Shown one piece after another: positions 32,020-43,974 of a stretch of 64,000 nucleotides of DNA. Position 1 is the stretch's first letter. The number at the start of each line of letters is the position of its first letter. A model generated the notes under the pieces. It did not search any database. It had not been told where the DNA came from and saw only the letters and a list, made by a program, of their open reading frames with translations. The stretch covers positions 1 through 64,000 of the forward strand of contig JBEUKZ010000095.1 in assembly GCA_048128005.1 (NCBI GenBank). The letters are read 5' to 3'. A program made the position numbers and the translations under genes. The stretch comes from Veleropilina oligotropha. Lineage: Eukaryota.

Positions 32020-35000
32020 TGCTTGTGTCGACGATTACAGGACAGGCATGTCAACCGGACGTTCCACTTGTAGTGACCCTGACTGTCATCCAGGCGGTCG
32101 ATACTGAACGTCTGCCCATGGCATTTCGTGTAGCCCTGAAGAAGGAGAGCACTACGACATACCACGCACCTCGTTTCTGCAGCATCGATCATGTCGAGCA
32201 CGTGGTTGACGGTGAGTGTGTGGTGTGCTCCCGTGTAGTGGGGCCGTTGCTTTTGGCGATCCTCAACCACGTAGCGCTTGAGTCTTGTGGCCTGCTGATC
32301 GGTGGGAGTTATATCACCCGGCGCGTCGTCAGGCGGCAGAACCCGTACAATCTGATCCATCAACCGGGCCCGGCTCACTGCTGTGTATACGGCGTTGCTC
32401 ACCCAGCCACTCAGACCGTGGTCGACGATGTATAGGCGCCTGGGTGGTTGGATGGTCTTCCCTTGCACCCTATGCACCGTCCCCCACCCTGCATATTTCC
32501 ACTCAAGCGGTAGCCCGTTCTCGACTAGTTCAAGGGGGACTTTGACGATGGTCCCTCGATAGGCCGGCACGGTTTCTCGACTACCCGGTATCTGTATCGG
32601 CCGACCCTGCTTGCGGTACCGGTACGAGATGCTATCGTCTGGGTCGAATCGAATATTAGCAGGAAGCCGGGGGTGTATCCTTCTGTGCTGCTGGAGCAGC
32701 TGAGTCTGGACCTGTGCGCCTAGAGTGTTCATGGAGCAGATCCAGATGTCATCGGGCTTGGTGCGCTCTACAGCTTCTACCAACGGCGTTGCGGCCAACT
32801 TATCTCTGAAGACGTTGAGCTGTTGCTGGCCATTAGCGCACCACATCCGCGCCTTTACATCGTGCAAAGCCGATGTTGGCCCATGTTGACAGCGACAGCA
32901 GGGCCACGGCTCGCCACACGCCTCACACAGGCACCTATAGTCAGTGTCAAACCACCGCAGGTTCTGGGACGAGGCCCAGTCTGCTAACATGTGGTGAGGG
33001 CCTTCTTTATCGCCCCATGGCGGGAACTGTCCAATATCCCCGACGCAGATGATTTGACACGGCCTACGGGCGTGATAATCGAGGACGGTCATCAGGGTCT
33101 TCGTGGGGACCTTGCAACATTCGTCAATTACGATAACTTCGGCTAGGTTGTCGAGTCGGTGTCCCAGGGCAGCCGGGTCCCAATCCTCGATCGGCTTGCC
33201 GACGGGTAGGCATAGGTAGTGGTGGATCGTCTGGACCTGTGCATTCTCTAGACCAAGTCTCGGGTTGTTGCGGTGTTCTTGGGCGATGTCGTTCTCAGGG
33301 GTGAGCACGACCAGCTTCCGGCCACGAAACGTCTGAACGGCCCACTCGCTTTTTCCACTGCCGACTTGACCTGCGAGGTATAACCGTCGCGAGGTGGCCG
33401 CGCCGACATCGGAAGGGAAAGGAGGGGCCTTCCCCCCATGGGGCAAGTCGAGACGACCAGCATGCTCTATCGTCCAAGCAGCAGCCTCTGGGCGCCACTC
33501 GTAACCCGGGGATTTATGTCGCCATTGCCCATACCTAGGCTGGTCTGGGACCAGCATACATTCGACTGATTCGGGCAGGCTCTTGACGTATATGGCGTCG
33601 GTGCAGACACGAAGGACATCCTCGTGTGGGAACCTTCGTAGCATGCGGCGGAGGGCGATGTTCGTGTAGGCGAGTACGAAGGCTCGGATGTGGAACCACT
33701 GCGTCCGCCGTCTTCCGTCCTTGTACTGAATGAGGTGGACATTGCCGGCCTTCTCGAAGTTCAGGAGACGGTCAGTGCCGCCGAGAACATTGGCCAAGTA
33801 GGCGGCCTCGTTTGGATCGCGGACTAGGATGCTCGACTCATCACCGTGGCGTGCACACTTGCCAACGAAGCGCACGGCCAGGTCCCTAGCGGGGAATTTG
33901 ATAGTGGCCTTCGTGCTGACGCTGTCTACCACCTCGCGCGCCCTGACCTCTACCAGATCACCAGAGTCAATTAAGTCTGCAAGCTCGGGGGTAGTGATCC
34001 AGCCCTGCTTCTCCCGTAGGTGCTCGCCTACGCGACCTACGGTATAGGGGTGCGTCTCTGGGCTGAATTGCCACGCAGCGAGCTGCACCGCTCCGGTCAG
34101 GGCGAGGACGTCGCTCATGGGCACACACTCGACGTTCGCACGACACATCATACTCGTCGGGAACCCATACTGGCGCACTAGATCTATGGATTCTCCGACC
34201 CCGCCACAGAGGGAGTCTTCGCAGCCAAGGTATGCTGCGCGCATGTCGAGATGATGATGAACACTGGTGCCTGCGGTAAGACGTGGCGCCAACCATGGAG
34301 TGGGAAGCTCGGTGGTATTCTTCTTCAAGCTTCTTAAGTTCTTCGGGGATCTCGGAAGGATACCAGTGCGTCTCGTCCTCGAAAGCGCGGTCAATAGCCA
34401 TACCCTCGGCTCGCGACCTCCACAGGGAACCATCGCTACCCACGAGAGCCTGTCCACATACCCAGACCCGGACCGTCGATGGGATGGCCCTGGAGGCAAA
34501 TGAGATCAGAACCTCTCTGGTAATTTGGTCCATGGTCTTCTGGGCCGCAGTGGTCTTTGGGGCCGCAGTGGTCTTCTGGGCCGCAGACGTAAGGGCCTGT
34601 TCTGCGATGTCGTCGAGACTGTAAACCTGTAAGATCTTGGGCCGATCGATCGGGATGCTTGCCCATGCGTGGTTGTTATGGCACGGCACCCAAATCTTGG
34701 GACGGCTCTTGTGTTTTCCGCTATCCCATAGAGTGTTGCCTAACGCGTCGACGGCAACAAGCTTGACTTTGAGAGCCGCTTCAAGGGAGAACATATCCTC
34801 GCATGTGCAGCCCCGGTCTGCAAGCTTTCGGTCGAACACCTCAAGAACTTGTCTGCGGCTCCGTGTTAACCCATCTCCGGCTTTCGTCATTCCGTTCCGG
34901 AAGTGGTCCACCACACAGCGAACGAAGCAGTTTACGAACTCTCCGTCTTCTTGAGGGGCTAGCATTGGCCCCGGTTCTCCTTTTTGCTCCGGCAGCGGAC

Positions 35001-35471
35001 GAAGCTCGTACCGAACATAAACGAGATATTCTCGCCCCTTCTCCCACGCGTGCTGGTCGATGCCGTGAAGAGCCGCGGCGCTGACCTGGTCTCCGCGAAC
35101 TACCCCTGCCCCTTAATGTGCTGCTCAGAGACACCCACTTCCTCTGTCACTTGGGCAAGAGGCTCCTTGGCCGATTTCCCCACAACCGTGAACAGCTTGT
35201 ACTGTGTGTCGGGGTCTAGAAGCTCCAACACCTCCGAGGCCATGCCCAGCGTCACCCGAAGATCCCTCTTTTCGCATGATACCCAATACACAGCGCCCTC
35301 GTCTGTGATGTCAGGCCCCCGTACAACCGCCTGGAAGTCGAATCTACGACCATCAACAGCCTCAGTAATCTCTTTACGGACGACGTCGGCGCCCGTCTTA
35401 ATATACGCCCCATCGGGGTACAGGACTGCGACACCGTCAACGAGAAGAGAGTAATAGGCATCCGAGGTCAA
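32016..35471 (-). pseudogene. Polyprotein: N-terminal region, OTU-like Cys/His region, B-family polymerase core, SF1 (RecD/Pif1-like) helicase, HNH; two frameshifts
   Basis: ORFs 35100-35471, 33967-34965 and 32016-34499 join near 35105 and 34270. Motifs: NCFVRC...NNHA; HLDMRAAY; WITTPEL; RFVGK; IRAFVLAY...VCTDAIYV; GQVGSGKS; IDE; VGDIGQFPP; TVHRVQGKT; YTAVSRAR; CVVC...SIDR....GH...NV...CLSCN. Confidence 0.85.
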
Positions 35472-35479
35472 GTGATCTC

Positions 35480-35932
35480 TCAGAAGATCCCCGGGGGGGG
35501 GCCCCCCTTCCGAGCAATAGCCCGGGCAAGGGTCTCTTTCCGAGACCTAGTCAGACCGTGCAGGTGTGGCTTGACGATTCGATCCGTGATGCTGCGAAGT
35601 GGCTTCTGTCGTAGCAGGGGCTTTTTATCAGCTTGGGTTGTGTATTTACTGACCTTGAGGGCCACCTCGACCTCGTCCTTAAGCTGCCGCAATTCGCGAG
35701 CACGACGGCCTCTTTTGTGGGGGTTCTCTACATCTCCACGGATGGAGGGGAATCTTCCCGTCTTCATCGCCCGCTCGAGTCTCCTCCGAAACTCGGCAGC
35801 ACGGACCAAGGCCATTGCCCTGATGATATCATTTCTCTTGAGCTTCGACAGATCGGGAAGCCCGTAATCTTCCGCTAAATTTCGTAGTTCTCTGAGGGAG
35901 GCACGTACCATCTTGACATGATACTGCGACAC
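35480..35932 (-). CDS. Basic nucleic-acid-binding protein with Rho-N/SAP-like helix-extension-helix motif
   Basis: SLRELRNLAEDYGLPDLSKLKRNDII; very Arg/Lys-rich. Confidence 0.65.
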   Translation of the reverse strand: MSQYHVKMVRASLRELRNLAEDYGLPDLSKLKRNDIIRAMALVRAAEFRRRLERAMKTGRFPSIRGDVENPHKRGRRARELRQLKDEVEVALKVSKYTTQADKKPLLRQKPLRSITDRIVKPHLHGLTRSRKETLARAIARKGGPPPGIF

Positions 35933-35937
35933 CAGGC

Positions 35938-36228
35938 TCTAATTGGAAATTTGTTCGCGCGACCGCAGCTCGCACAATACTTTTCCGTAGAGATGGCGGG
36001 CTCTGGTTTTAGTGTTTATGAGAGCCTGGGCGGCACGATGACCTCCACATGGTCTACACAGCAGAACGGCCGATTTCGTGCCGATACCACAGCTCTTACA
36101 AGGCGGGGTGGTGTTATACCCATCCGAATTTGCCGTCTATGGGCCTTGCAATATTCGTTGACGCAGGTACTGCCACAAATCCCAAAGGTCGTAACTTTCA
36201 ACCAAGGGCATACATTCGTTCCCAACAT
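35938..36228 (-). pseudogene. Cys-rich zinc-finger-like protein, frameshifted
   Basis: MLGTNVCPW....ICGSTCVNEYCKAH, then in a shifted frame PCKSCGIGTKSAVLLCRPCG. Confidence 0.55.
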
Positions 36229-36300
36229 GGTTATCGCGTATATCATCGTATATACCAGTCTCTAATAGAGAGTATGACACGAAGATATCGAGCCCGGATA

Positions 36301-36549
36301 TCACAGAGGGTCCGCCGACAGTCTAGACAGCTTTGGACGACGGTGATTGTGTAAAACTCCCTTGTTACCGTCTTTGGTCTTCTTCTTAAAGACCGCCTGG
36401 TCACCGTCGTCAAGTTCAACAATCAAAACGTCGTAGCCTGTGTTTAGGAGGTTTCTAACGCGCCTGGAGCTCCCTTCGCCGTGCAGCGTAGGAACGTCTT
36501 CGGCGATGATGCTGTCAACGAGCTGCTGGTGCTTCGACGTGTCGGACAT
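36301..36549 (-). CDS. Small hypothetical protein
   Basis: First ATG-initiated ORF inside the right TIR, co-oriented with the replication cassette. Confidence 0.5.
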   Translation of the reverse strand: MSDTSKHQQLVDSIIAEDVPTLHGEGSSRRVRNLLNTGYDVLIVELDDGDQAVFKKKTKDGNKGVLHNHRRPKLSRLSADPL

Positions 36550-36624
36550 AGTGTTGGGTCGGGGTCGGATACGGGATACTCAAGAGTATTCAACTTGGAG
36601 TTTGCCGGGCTTCAATTTTTGGCG

Positions 36625-36831
36625 CTCCGCCCTAGCGAAAAAACGACCCCTGCCCTGAGCAGACGGGGGTGGGAGCCTCCCCCCGGGGACCCGGGCCCCC
36701 CCCACCCCGGATTCTACTAAAATACCCTAGGGGTCTATATTACGAGCCCCTCAGTTCGGAAATAGGGCTGGGAGCCTCCCCGGTCGCCCCGGGCCCCCCC
36801 TAACTTAGTCTAAAAAACCCTAGTCCCCCCC
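36625..36831 (-). repeat. Right TIR
   Basis: ctccgccctagcgaaaaaacgacccc...taacttagtctaaaaaaccctagtccccccc, followed by tata. Confidence 0.93.
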
Positions 36832-37440
36832 TATAGTATGATCCATATATGCTGCCAGGTCACGTCGTCGATTCATTTCGGCTAGCGCTGGTCTTATGTT
36901 TGATCTGATCTGACTATTAGAAGGCGTTCGAATCTCGGTTTACGCAATGGCATTCTTTGTTCAGTTGCCAATCACAGTTGTCCGTAACCGCTCGTAACTG
37001 GTCGGAAAGTGGTTTTCCCGGGCGATCGAATTTTTCTCCCGCGATAATATAGACTTGTACTGGTTTGAACCTGAAGGATGCAAATATATAAGACAATAAG
37101 CATCGATCCGATCTTTTAGGATAATCTTTTGGACATAACAAACGTCTTTGTTTACGTTTTTACAAGTTAACATGACGAATCAGACGACCGTTCAATGCAC
37201 TCTCCTATGCAGAGACGTTATTTCTCAACCATATAATGTACGGCGTATTCTCATACTTTTTCTAACTGGGGGGTGCGTTCTATGGGTAGTGTATCAGAAG
37301 ATACATTACCCAAAGGTGGCATGTTATCCGGTCATTTTGACAAATCAAAACGCTGTAAATTCGCATGAGGGTTTGTAACAAGTCGTGTGCATGCGGTTAT
37401 GTGATTCTCATCATAACTTGTAATCTACTCTTCTTTTCAG

Positions 37441-37553
37441 GCGAAGTTGGTGATTGGAAGAATTGGTTTACAGTCGCTCAAAGCGAAATGTTCGGTGACA
37501 TTTCTCGCAAAAAGCTGCAAGGATTGAACTATGACTTTAAATACCAATTGTAA
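37441..37553 (+). CDS. Sulfotransferase final coding exon
   Basis: tttcag acceptor; completes RK-GEVGDWKNWFTVAQSE (PAPS-binding/dimerisation region); ends TAA. Confidence 0.92.
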
Positions 37554-39401
37554 ATACGTGTTCCGATAATAATGAACTCACTGTTATCCGGAGCTTGCCA
37601 GCGCATATGTTACTATAGTTATGCTAAGTTGGTAAGATATTTAACCAGAGCTTATCGGAGCATAAGTTATTATAAATATGTCAGGTATAAAAGCAGTTAG
37701 GCTATCTATGGAAACCATTGTCAACTTAATTATTTTATTAATTATGACTTTCGTGTTCGCTCAAGGCCATGTACATGTAATAGGATGCAATTAAGAAAGT
37801 CTTACAATAACATATGACACTAGACCTTAGCGAACAAGCAAATGCTACAGAATGTCGAAGGACCGGCTCATATTTAGAACGATTTAGCACTAATAATATT
37901 CAGATTTCATATTGGTGTCGCATGTCAATGACTTTAAATATTCGCGTTTTACATACATACCTCGTAGCAGAAACGATAATATTACAGATAGTATCTTATA
38001 TGGACCGTCAGTCTTGGTAACGTATACCGTCATTCTCGGAAAAGTAGTTCCAGATGAAGTATGGGATGTCTTTATGCATGAAGTAATTGGAAAATATCAC
38101 TTTTTGTAATAACCAAGTTATCATCAATGCCATAACTGCCAGCCATATTGTAAAACACATGTTAGGGTATTGCCTTACGGGTTTTTCATGCTTTTATGCA
38201 ATAATTTAATAGTTAAAATGTGTATTGTAATATTACATGTGATATTCAAATATTACAGTTAATATTTATGAATACATTATCTATATTTTGGTGTTTTGTT
38301 TTTCGTTTTGATTTCGTCGAAATCACAATCTGAATGTAGATCACAATATCTCTAATCCAGTCAGTTCTTCCCTGACACCACATAATAATTATATATGGCA
38401 TGGCCAAACAATATATATTACTACTAGTATGTGAAACCCTACAGCGACCGGGGGCCAAGTGCGTTTGCTCTTTCTGTTATCTTTGCATTGCTGTCTAGTA
38501 GGTTGGCTTAATGCTTTATGTATATTTGAACATTGATATATGTCAAAATTTCAAGTGCAACATAATGCGTGTACCTTCATCGCCTGTCTTATGACGATAA
38601 CATAAATATGAACATCACCAAAGAGTTTATGTTTACGCAAGAAGTTACATCTTCACTGAAATAATCTAATAAAAAACGTGTCGGTATCAGGTAACATTGT
38701 AACTCGAGAATATATACGGCGAAGGCCTCAATTCATACGCACGCAATGTTTGATCGAGTTGAGAGCCCTGAAAATATCATTTGCTTTACAAAGCGGTCTT
38801 TGTGAAGTAATGAATTGTATATGTAAGTAACATCAGCGCGCAATCCTGAGTATATAAACTGCGTATATGAGCAACGGACACATCAGCGTGACGTGTGCGT
38901 TGAAGACAGAATAGTCATACATTTCAACCCATGATCTCCTCCAATAAATACACCTTTTGGTTCCGACGTGATGTAGTCAGGCAGCGGAGCTGTACCATGA
39001 TGATTTTCCCGCATCAGGGTGTGTCGGAAATACCACACGAATGAATTGGATTGGATCGGTGATATAATATTTATGTCCATTTCAGCACCAGTCCTGTGTT
39101 GGTCATACCAGGACAGGAGCATATTATCACAGGATAGATAATAAAGCAGAAAAACGCCAACCCAGACCAATTTTCTAAATATTTTTGCTGATATCAATAT
39201 AATTTCATCATGACTATGATTTGCATAACGAATTTACATAATTTAATTCGATTTGGCGAAATTAGAAATTGACCCTAATTTTAAAATGTTAAATCCCCCT
39301 GGCGGCCATCTTGTGTGAGATAGATTCTATATAATTCATGCTGTCACTGCCTCCTGATCTAAAGAACATTTTGAGCCATAAACCCGGATCACAATCCGGA
39401 C

Positions 39402-41738
39402 CAACAATTAATGAAAAATTCGTCAATTCATGACCGGCTACATTTTTCGCTAGATCCATTTATGTTTACCCTCTAGCAGACATGGACAAATCGCACAGTC
39501 ACCGGGGAGGGATAGGGGAAAAGTCAGGATATGCTTGTTTAAAAAGGAGGACTCATGTATTGATTAATTGCATACCTGATGAAACTTTGAACATCTTCTC
39601 AATGAGATGCAGTGAAAAATCACACCAGCAAATGTACAGGAATACATGAAGTAACACCATTCCACAGGGCACTATTTTGCTCTCGTCACATCCGGATTGA
39701 GGGAAATTTCAGGATAAATAACTGTGGACTGACGCCAAATGACCAGTCTATTGGTGCATTCAGCGATGTGGCCATAGCCCACCATTAATTTCACTATATT
39801 CTATCATATAGCCTTAACTTGAACAGAATGTTAACCAAGATTGATAGACATTTGATTTTTCCTGTGAAGTTTTGCCTACATTAGGAGACTATTTCCTCCA
39901 AAAATGAGCTTAGGACGACCTGCTTGATTTTCCGGCATTGCCCATGGCAACTACGCTATGCAAGATGACAACATAAACCACCCCAGTACCACGGTGTCAG
40001 ATAGGATTCATTAGGCAAATATTTTGTAAATAAAGGCGTCGGAAAGGCGTCACACTGGTATTGACTAAAATGACGGTCAGTGACCGATCAGCTCAACGCT
40101 CTGCATATACCTCCTAGTGAACTTACTTAAATTGTTCTCGAAAATGGACAAAATTTCAATACAACCTTTATTTCACTACAAATGATATCATTTAGTCAAT
40201 TGTTAGCATTTCACTCCTACCAGCTATTGTCTTTTATATCAACCCATGGAAATCATGTCAAATCTCATCCAGAATTTCACTAGGCTGTCCCATTTAAATC
40301 TGGCCATGTTTGCTGCTGGGCAATATATGCATATCAATGTGATATTTTTTTGTTATTAGCATGACTTCCTCCATATTTTGGAATGAAATTTGACACTTTG
40401 GTGTATTGCAAAATTTAAAACTTAAAATTACTTAAAGATCCATTGTCTAATTTTGAACTTTTTGTGCTATATCCACAGAGCACTGTAGCATAACAGCATG
40501 AGTGGTTATTGAAAGGGAATTGAAAATACAGAAACAAAATTGCAACATATCCGTGTTTGACCGTAAGATAATTTCATGTCTGAAAATCTTTAACGGAAAT
40601 CGATACCTGTCTTGCAACGGAAAATGACGTATAATTTTTATTGTACACAGGAATTGTTCTATATTTTCAATGTTGGCTTATGAGAAGGAGAAATTATGCT
40701 TAATGTCCTGTATGTTTATAACATCGAGGTTCAAGGCAGGACATGTCAGTGTTATCGCGGGAGGAAACCCCGGTCGCCGGGTAAACCCGCCCTCTTCGGC
40801 CAACTGTGCTTCATAACTTGAACAAATGTGTGCTGCCTCAGCCGGGGGTCGATCCCACTACTGTTCGCGTCAGCGGAAACAAGCCAGTGAATTTACCCAC
40901 TGCGCTACCAAAGCGACCTGTTGGCTTATGATATGATTATCTACATTATATGCAGATTTTTTTGAAAAAAAATTGTCCCAAATAGGCCTCAGACTACAGT
41001 TATCTATCCCGAAATTTCCCTCTATCCGGATATGACGAAGGCTAAATAATGCCCTGTGGAATGGTGTTACTTCATGTATTTCTGCATATTTGGGATATTT
41101 TCCTTTATACGACCCTAAATTTTCAAATTGTCAAATTATAGATTGGAATAATAATACTAAATTTTTATTCATACATAACAATATAAGTACCGGTATGCTA
41201 CCTTACTGTTTGATACATGAAATAAAGATCCATATATGTTATTGTCAAGTAGAAAGCTATTTTACTTGACGAGCAGAAACCACGCAACTGTGGTCCAACT
41301 ATGTCATTTGGAAATGAATGGGTATAACTGATCTAACTGTTAAATCCATGGGGACTAGCAACAGGTGAACCTCGGTCAGTCCAGGTTCACGGGGCGGTCC
41401 GGTGTATATATACGTTTGTACCATCACGTGTATCTTATCGCAATTAAGCTGCATTTGCCTTTAGTAGAAATTGGGGGGGGGGGCGCGTATAAATGAAAAG
41501 AGCCTACATTTGCTGGTGTAATTTTTCACTGCATCTCATTGAGAAGATGTTTAAGTTTCATCAGGTATGCAATTAATAAATATCTGAGTGCTCCTTTTTA
41601 AAGAAGCATATCCTGACTTTTCCCATATCCCTCCGCGGCGAGTGTGTGATTTGTCCATGTCCGCTCGAGGGTAAACATAAATGGATCTAGCGAAAAATGT
41701 AGCCGGTCATGAATTGACGAATTTTTCATTAAATGTTG
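39402..41738. mobile_element. Non-autonomous DNA transposon with ~230-bp TIRs and a nested inverted repeat pair
   Basis: 39402-39632 is the reverse complement of ~41510-41738; 39632-39715 is inverted relative to ~41005-41090. Confidence 0.75.
40730..40912 (-). repeat. tRNA-derived SINE-like element
   Basis: Minus strand has tagcgcagtgg (A box) and gggatcgaccc (B box), followed by a non-tRNA body. Confidence 0.5.
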
Positions 41739-42044
41739 CTTACATGTATCATGTATATATTTCTTGAGAGAATGGAATGTTTATCAAACTCTGTGTACAC
41801 GCTATAGAGCGTCTAAGGCTATATGATAGAACATAGATTAGTAAATTTAATTGTAGTCTGCGGCCACTGGCCCAGGTCTCGCAATATTCAACTATCTGTG
41901 ATCTTTTTTGTACGGTAGTACTTGTATCATTGTACTCTGCCGCCTCCAGCATCATGCTGTAAACAAGCTATTCATAGCTTAGTCATGCAATGCTGTTAAA
42001 CTTTTAAATAAATAAATAAAAGAGATTGGCTGGTCATGAACCAG

Positions 42045-42631
42045 AGGCCTGTTCAAGATGGATAGCGCTCACTTGAGCGCTTGCGTACTTGGATTAACAC
42101 GATTCTGAACGAAAGCGAGCGCTAGCGCCTTTTTCAAAATGGCCACCTTTATTTACAAAGAATCTTTGTTACAAATAATGATCGGATAATTTGAAAATCC
42201 ACCAAAACTAAAATTTAAACCACAGGAAACCATGCATTACCCCCCTAGAGTAGTGTATACCCCTAAATATTATTTACAAACTATGTTAGTTCTATAATCA
42301 TTGTAGGCCGACATGCGTAGTCAATTCGGCGCGATCTCTATTTTTTCTAAATAGTATCAAGTAATTGTGATTTTTGTTTTATTATTACACTCCTTATTTG
42401 ACCAGTATTCATCAAGGACGCTTTGTGATACAAAAGTACTGTAAACTTTTGTGCCATTGCCATTTATCGAAATTAGACCGCGCTATCACTGCGTTGGACG
42501 CCATCTTGGATGAACAGGCGAACAGCTCAGAGAGTAGGTACGCGAGCGCTCGCGAGCGCTTCGGCGAGCATCTCTGTTCAGAAGCTAGCGCTCGCGGTCG
42601 CTCGCGAGCGCTATCCATCCTGAACAGGCCT
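42045..42631. mobile_element. MITE with 3-bp TSD (Harbinger-like)
   Basis: TIR aggcctgttcaagatggatagcgctc / gagcgctatccatcctgaacaggcct with CAG on both flanks. Confidence 0.75.
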
Positions 42632-43974
42632 CAGATAGTAACGAATTGACCCCTGCGCATGCCCGAGTCAGCGGTATCACAACAATTGGCCCCAAAACAA
42701 ATTCGCCCCCAAGTAAATATGACAATTCGCCCCCAGAGTCCTAGACAAAAGAGAAGACATCGCAGGGTACGGATTTTATAATTTTTATATGTGTGTAAAC
42801 TCTATTCTCCGTTCATATCTAGGTGCTACCTACAACATATTATTTATTTGCGAAGATATCCCGTAGATTTGTAAGCGTAAATTCAATAAAGACATTTCCC
42901 TGACGTTTACTATTACATATGATAATCTGCGTGCTCGTCACTAGGTAGCACCTGTAGCATATTATGAGTTTATATCAAATAAAATGAACATGATGTGAAT
43001 AGTTATGGTTAATCTTAGTAAAAACTAATTTTCAGTGGCGGCCATATTGAAATCCAAAATGGAAAAAACTGGCATCCATTTTTCTTTTAATCAGTGTATT
43101 TTGTAGATGTGTTAGACATGGGTGCAAATAATCTACCCAAAAATTTGACAAAGCTGAAAAATGTTACATATGCCAATAGACTATAGGCCTATAACAAACA
43201 TATGTGAGGATTGACGACAATTGGCGGACTGTACCAGTAGGAGTCCTGGATTCGGCTGTCGGGTATGTGTATTGTACCTACACGTCGCCGCCAATTATTT
43301 TCATCAATGAAAGTTGATTGATACAATTTTGACTGAAAGTTGTTTACGTGGTCGTTGAACTTCCATTTGTTAAAGACTAATAGATGTAATCACAGTGTAT
43401 GTTCATTCGTGCCATCGTTCTTTAGAACATATTAAGCTAAAATGTGTACCGGTAATGTGTTTATTAAAAATTGTGCACACACAGTTTTGCTTCTGGCCCA
43501 AGTGGAGGAAGCTATGACATAGTATGTTCGAAAGTAATTCCCTTCTTATTTCAGATAAAGATTCATTTATGGAGTATTAACCGGGAAGACCTCTGCTGCG
43601 CGCGCATGGATGCGCTGTACGTTGTCAAGTGGACTAAACGGAAGTTTCGACGAGAAGGAGGAAAAGATGGAGCGGTTATATTACCTTCGCCTCCGGAGGA
43701 GAGGCGAGGGTATTGCAATCGGCTTCGTATGTATGTATGTATGTATGTCCATTCGCATAACTCGAAAACTATTAATCCGATTTACTTGAAATTTTTCCAC
43801 AAGGTAGGGTTTCTCCCTGGCTCGAAGATGGTCCGGATTATGATCCGGGTTCGGATTTTTTGACGCGATATCCGGTTTACAGGTTTTCGGCTGTAGCGTT
43901 AAAACGCTTCATCGTCCAAACTTCAAAATAGGCTCAAAATGTTCTTTAGATCAGGGGCCATTGACAACATGAAT

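Larger units (their letters stand above)
21488..36831. mobile_element. Complete 15.3-kb Polinton-like endogenous virus with polymerase-SF1 helicase fusion, in a sulfotransferase intron
   Basis: Imperfect ~200-bp TIRs, TATA on both flanks, visibly GC-rich; encodes MCP, penton, ATPase, integrase and Pol-helicase. Confidence 0.92.

Noticed and set aside
35100..35471. Independent 123-aa gene
   Set aside because: The downstream frame is open without a start codon right up to the G run at its end, so a frameshifted N-terminus of the replicase fits better. Not proven.
22653..36720. Many overlapping antisense or alternate-frame ORFs (e.g. 22653-23255, 25178-25666, 29374-29934, 34984-35454)
   Set aside because: Shadow ORFs of GC-rich coding sequence with no motifs of their own.
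21488..36831. Bacterial prophage or contamination, given the high GC and dense ORFs
   Set aside because: Bounded by TIRs and TATA inside a phase-consistent spliceosomal intron; has an rve integrase and Polinton-type morphogenesis genes; no tail or terminase genes seen.
21488..36831. Helitron, because of the SF1 helicase
   Set aside because: No HUH Rep motifs seen; it has TIRs, an integrase and capsid genes.
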